Assembly (NCBI GenBank): GCA_008932965.1
Contig: WBXG01000068.1
Coordinates: 1-8,284 of the forward strand
DNA: 8,284 nt
From: Verrucomicrobiota bacterium
GTDB lineage: Bacteria > Verrucomicrobiota > Verrucomicrobiia > Chthoniobacterales > UBA6821
Direction: 5' to 3'
The notes below the pieces were generated by a model, which saw only the letters and a list, made by a program, of their open reading frames with translations, was not told where the DNA came from and made no database searches. This document shows positions 6,805 through 8,284 of the stretch, one piece after another. Within the stretch, counting starts at the first letter, position 1. Each line of letters opens with the position of its first letter. The position numbers and the translations under genes are program-made.

Positions 6805-7911
6805 TCAAAGTAGCAAAGGAGTGTAAGGTAAAAGATGCGCTTTAGCAACGGCCTGATGTGTAACCTTCCCTTCACAAATATTTAATCCATGGAGCAGATG
6901 CTCATCATCAGCCATTGCCTTTCTCCATCCCTTCTGAGCAAGAGCCAGGATAAAGGGTAATGTTGCATTATTCAGAGCAAAGGTCGAGGTGCGGGCCACA
7001 GCCCCGGGCATATTAGCCACGCAATAGAGTGTGACTCCCTCTATGGTAAAGGTTGGGTTTTCATGGGTGGTTGGCTTGGCCCCCTCCACGCATCCCCCTT
7101 GATCAATAGCGATATCAATAATGACCGACCCTTTTTTCATCTTAGAAATGATTTTATTGCTGATGAGCTTAGGAGCTGTTGCTCCTGGAACAAGAACGGC
7201 ACCAATGACAAGATCTGCTTGAGTGACATAATGCTCAATGGTATCAAGCGTTGCATACACCGTATGGAGGGATGGACTAAAACAAAAATCGAGCTCCTTT
7301 AAACGATCCAGTGATTTATCAATGACGGTAACATGTGCATTGAGCCCCATGGCCATCCGTGCTGCATTGGTACCAGCAACACCACCTCCCAAGACAACTA
7401 CCTTAGCAGGAGGAACCCCTGGTACTCCTCCTAGCAAAACGCCGCTTCCCCCTTGGGCTTTTTCCAAACAATGAGCCCCAGCCTGAACAGACATACGGCC
7501 AGCAACCTCACTCATCGGTGCGAGTAGAGGAAGACCCCCACGTTTATCAGTGACTGTTTCATAAGCAATGGCAATGCAATTGGAATCAAGAAGTCCCTTT
7601 GTTTGCTCTAAATCAGGTGCCAAATGCAAGTAAGTAAAAAGAACTTGTCCAGAGCGAAGCATACTGAATTCTTCGGGCTGTGGCTCTTTCACCTTAATAA
7701 TCATTTCTGACTTTTCAAAAATCTCTGCTGATTTTTTAGAAATCTTTGCTCCAGCTTTTAGGTAATCAGCATTACTAAGACCAATAGCAGCTCCTGCATT
7801 GCTTTCCACCATCACGGTATGGCCATGGTGCGTCAGTTCATAGACGGAACTCGTGGTGAGGCCGACACGATATTCGTTATTTTTAATTTCTTTTGGAACT
7901 CCGATAATCAT
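6805..7911 (-). CDS. ald: L-alanine dehydrogenase
   Basis: Hallmark N-terminus [22 protein letters not shown]-binding fold [28 protein letters not shown]. 368 aa, the typical AlaDH length. Confidence 0.95.
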   Translation of the reverse strand: MIIGVPKEIKNNEYRVGLTTSSVYELTHHGHTVMVESNAGAAIGLSNADYLKAGAKISKKSAEIFEKSEMIIKVKEPQPEEFSMLRSGQVLFTYLHLAPDLEQTKGLLDSNCIAIAYETVTDKRGGLPLLAPMSEVAGRMSVQAGAHCLEKAQGGSGVLLGGVPGVPPAKVVVLGGGVAGTNAARMAMGLNAHVTVIDKSLDRLKELDFCFSPSLHTVYATLDTIEHYVTQADLVIGAVLVPGATAPKLISNKIISKMKKGSVIIDIAIDQGGCVEGAKPTTHENPTFTIEGVTLYCVANMPGAVARTSTFALNNATLPFILALAQKGWRKAMADDEHLLHGLNICEGKVTHQAVAKAHLLPYTPLLL

Positions 7912-8284
7912 GATTTTTTTGGTAGAAAAAACTCTCGTTGTTTAATGCTGATGGGCCGTTCCAACTTTTCAAGAACCTGGAGCATATCCTCCCAGACTTT
8001 ACGTTTTTCACTCAAGGATTGGTTTCTTAATAAGTAGGCAGGGTGGTAGGTAACCATGAGTGGAATATTCTGAAAGTCGAACCAATTTCCTCGTGCCTCA
8101 CGCATGAGCATGGTTTTTCCTAACAATCCCTCCATGGCAGTGGAACCCCAGGCAACGAGCACCCGTGGCTTGATAAGCTCAATCTGCTTGATGAGCCATG
8201 GAATACAGGTGCTCATTTCCTCTGGTTTTGGTTTGCGATTTCCGGAAACCCCAGCAGGCATATTGGGGCGGCATTTGAGAATAT
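7908..8284 (-). CDS. Uracil-DNA glycosylase, family 4 (C-terminal part; 5' end lies beyond the window)
   Basis: The reading frame is open to the window edge. It contains ..KCRPN..GNRKPKPEE..CIPWL..QIELIKPRVLVAWG and the family-4 C-terminal motif TYHPAYLLRN. The stop TGA (7910-7908) overlaps the ald ATG (7911-7909) as ATGA. Confidence 0.85.
   Translation of the reverse strand, partial: ILKCRPNMPAGVSGNRKPKPEEMSTCIPWLIKQIELIKPRVLVAWGSTAMEGLLGKTMLMREARGNWFDFQNIPLMVTYHPAYLLRNQSLSEKRKVWEDMLQVLEKLERPISIKQREFFLPKKS

Noticed and set aside
6780-6875. Longest version of the LOG-like ORF (366 aa, start at 6875)
   Set aside because: It would overlap the ald 3' end by 71 nt and add a non-conserved-looking, Arg/Leu-rich N-terminus. 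ATG 6779, with AGGA 6 nt upstream and downstream of the ald stop, is a more plausible start.
351-8037. Thirteen short ORFs from the track (351-536, 2088-2351, 2477-2707, 2496-2729, 3121-3354, 3376-3558, 3824-4024, 4920-5258, 6286-6501, 6462-6704, 6554-6742, 7063-7302, 7238-7474, 7819-8037)
   Set aside because: Each lies inside, or mostly antisense or out of frame to, a long ORF with clear family motifs. None has recognisable motifs. They are typical shadow ORFs.

Overview
This 8.3-kb window is densely coding and has moderate to low GC. It holds eight protein genes in two blocks. The plus-strand block has a family-5 (OppA/DppA-like) solute-binding protein, a classical SDR oxidoreductase, a long-chain trans-polyprenyl diphosphate synthase (IspB-like), RadC, and then lpxA after a 309-bp gap. 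The minus-strand block is convergent with it and has a family-4 uracil-DNA glycosylase (5' end outside the window), alanine dehydrogenase and a LOG/PpnN-like Rossmann-fold protein. All product calls rest on motifs I recognise in the supplied translations, because no database search was possible. lpxA implies a lipid-A-making (diderm) bacterium, but I cannot assign a taxon. I see no rRNA, tRNA, CRISPR array, transposase, integrase or recognisable multi-gene defence or toxin system. The main feature not explained by the genes is a short non-coding repeat family in the two large non-coding stretches. A complete ~180-bp MITE-like element (15-bp terminal inverted repeats, TTAG on both flanks) sits exactly at the radC stop codon. 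A second, inverted copy is cut by the window start, so the two copies bracket the 4.5-kb oppA-like/SDR/ispB-like/radC block. Secondary leads are the LOG/PpnN-like protein, which has an uncharacterised N-terminal extension and a variant catalytic motif, and a GC-rich palindrome plus tandem 11-mer next to the first repeat copy. Apart from the repeat element, this looks like ordinary core genome, and I do not claim a novel system.
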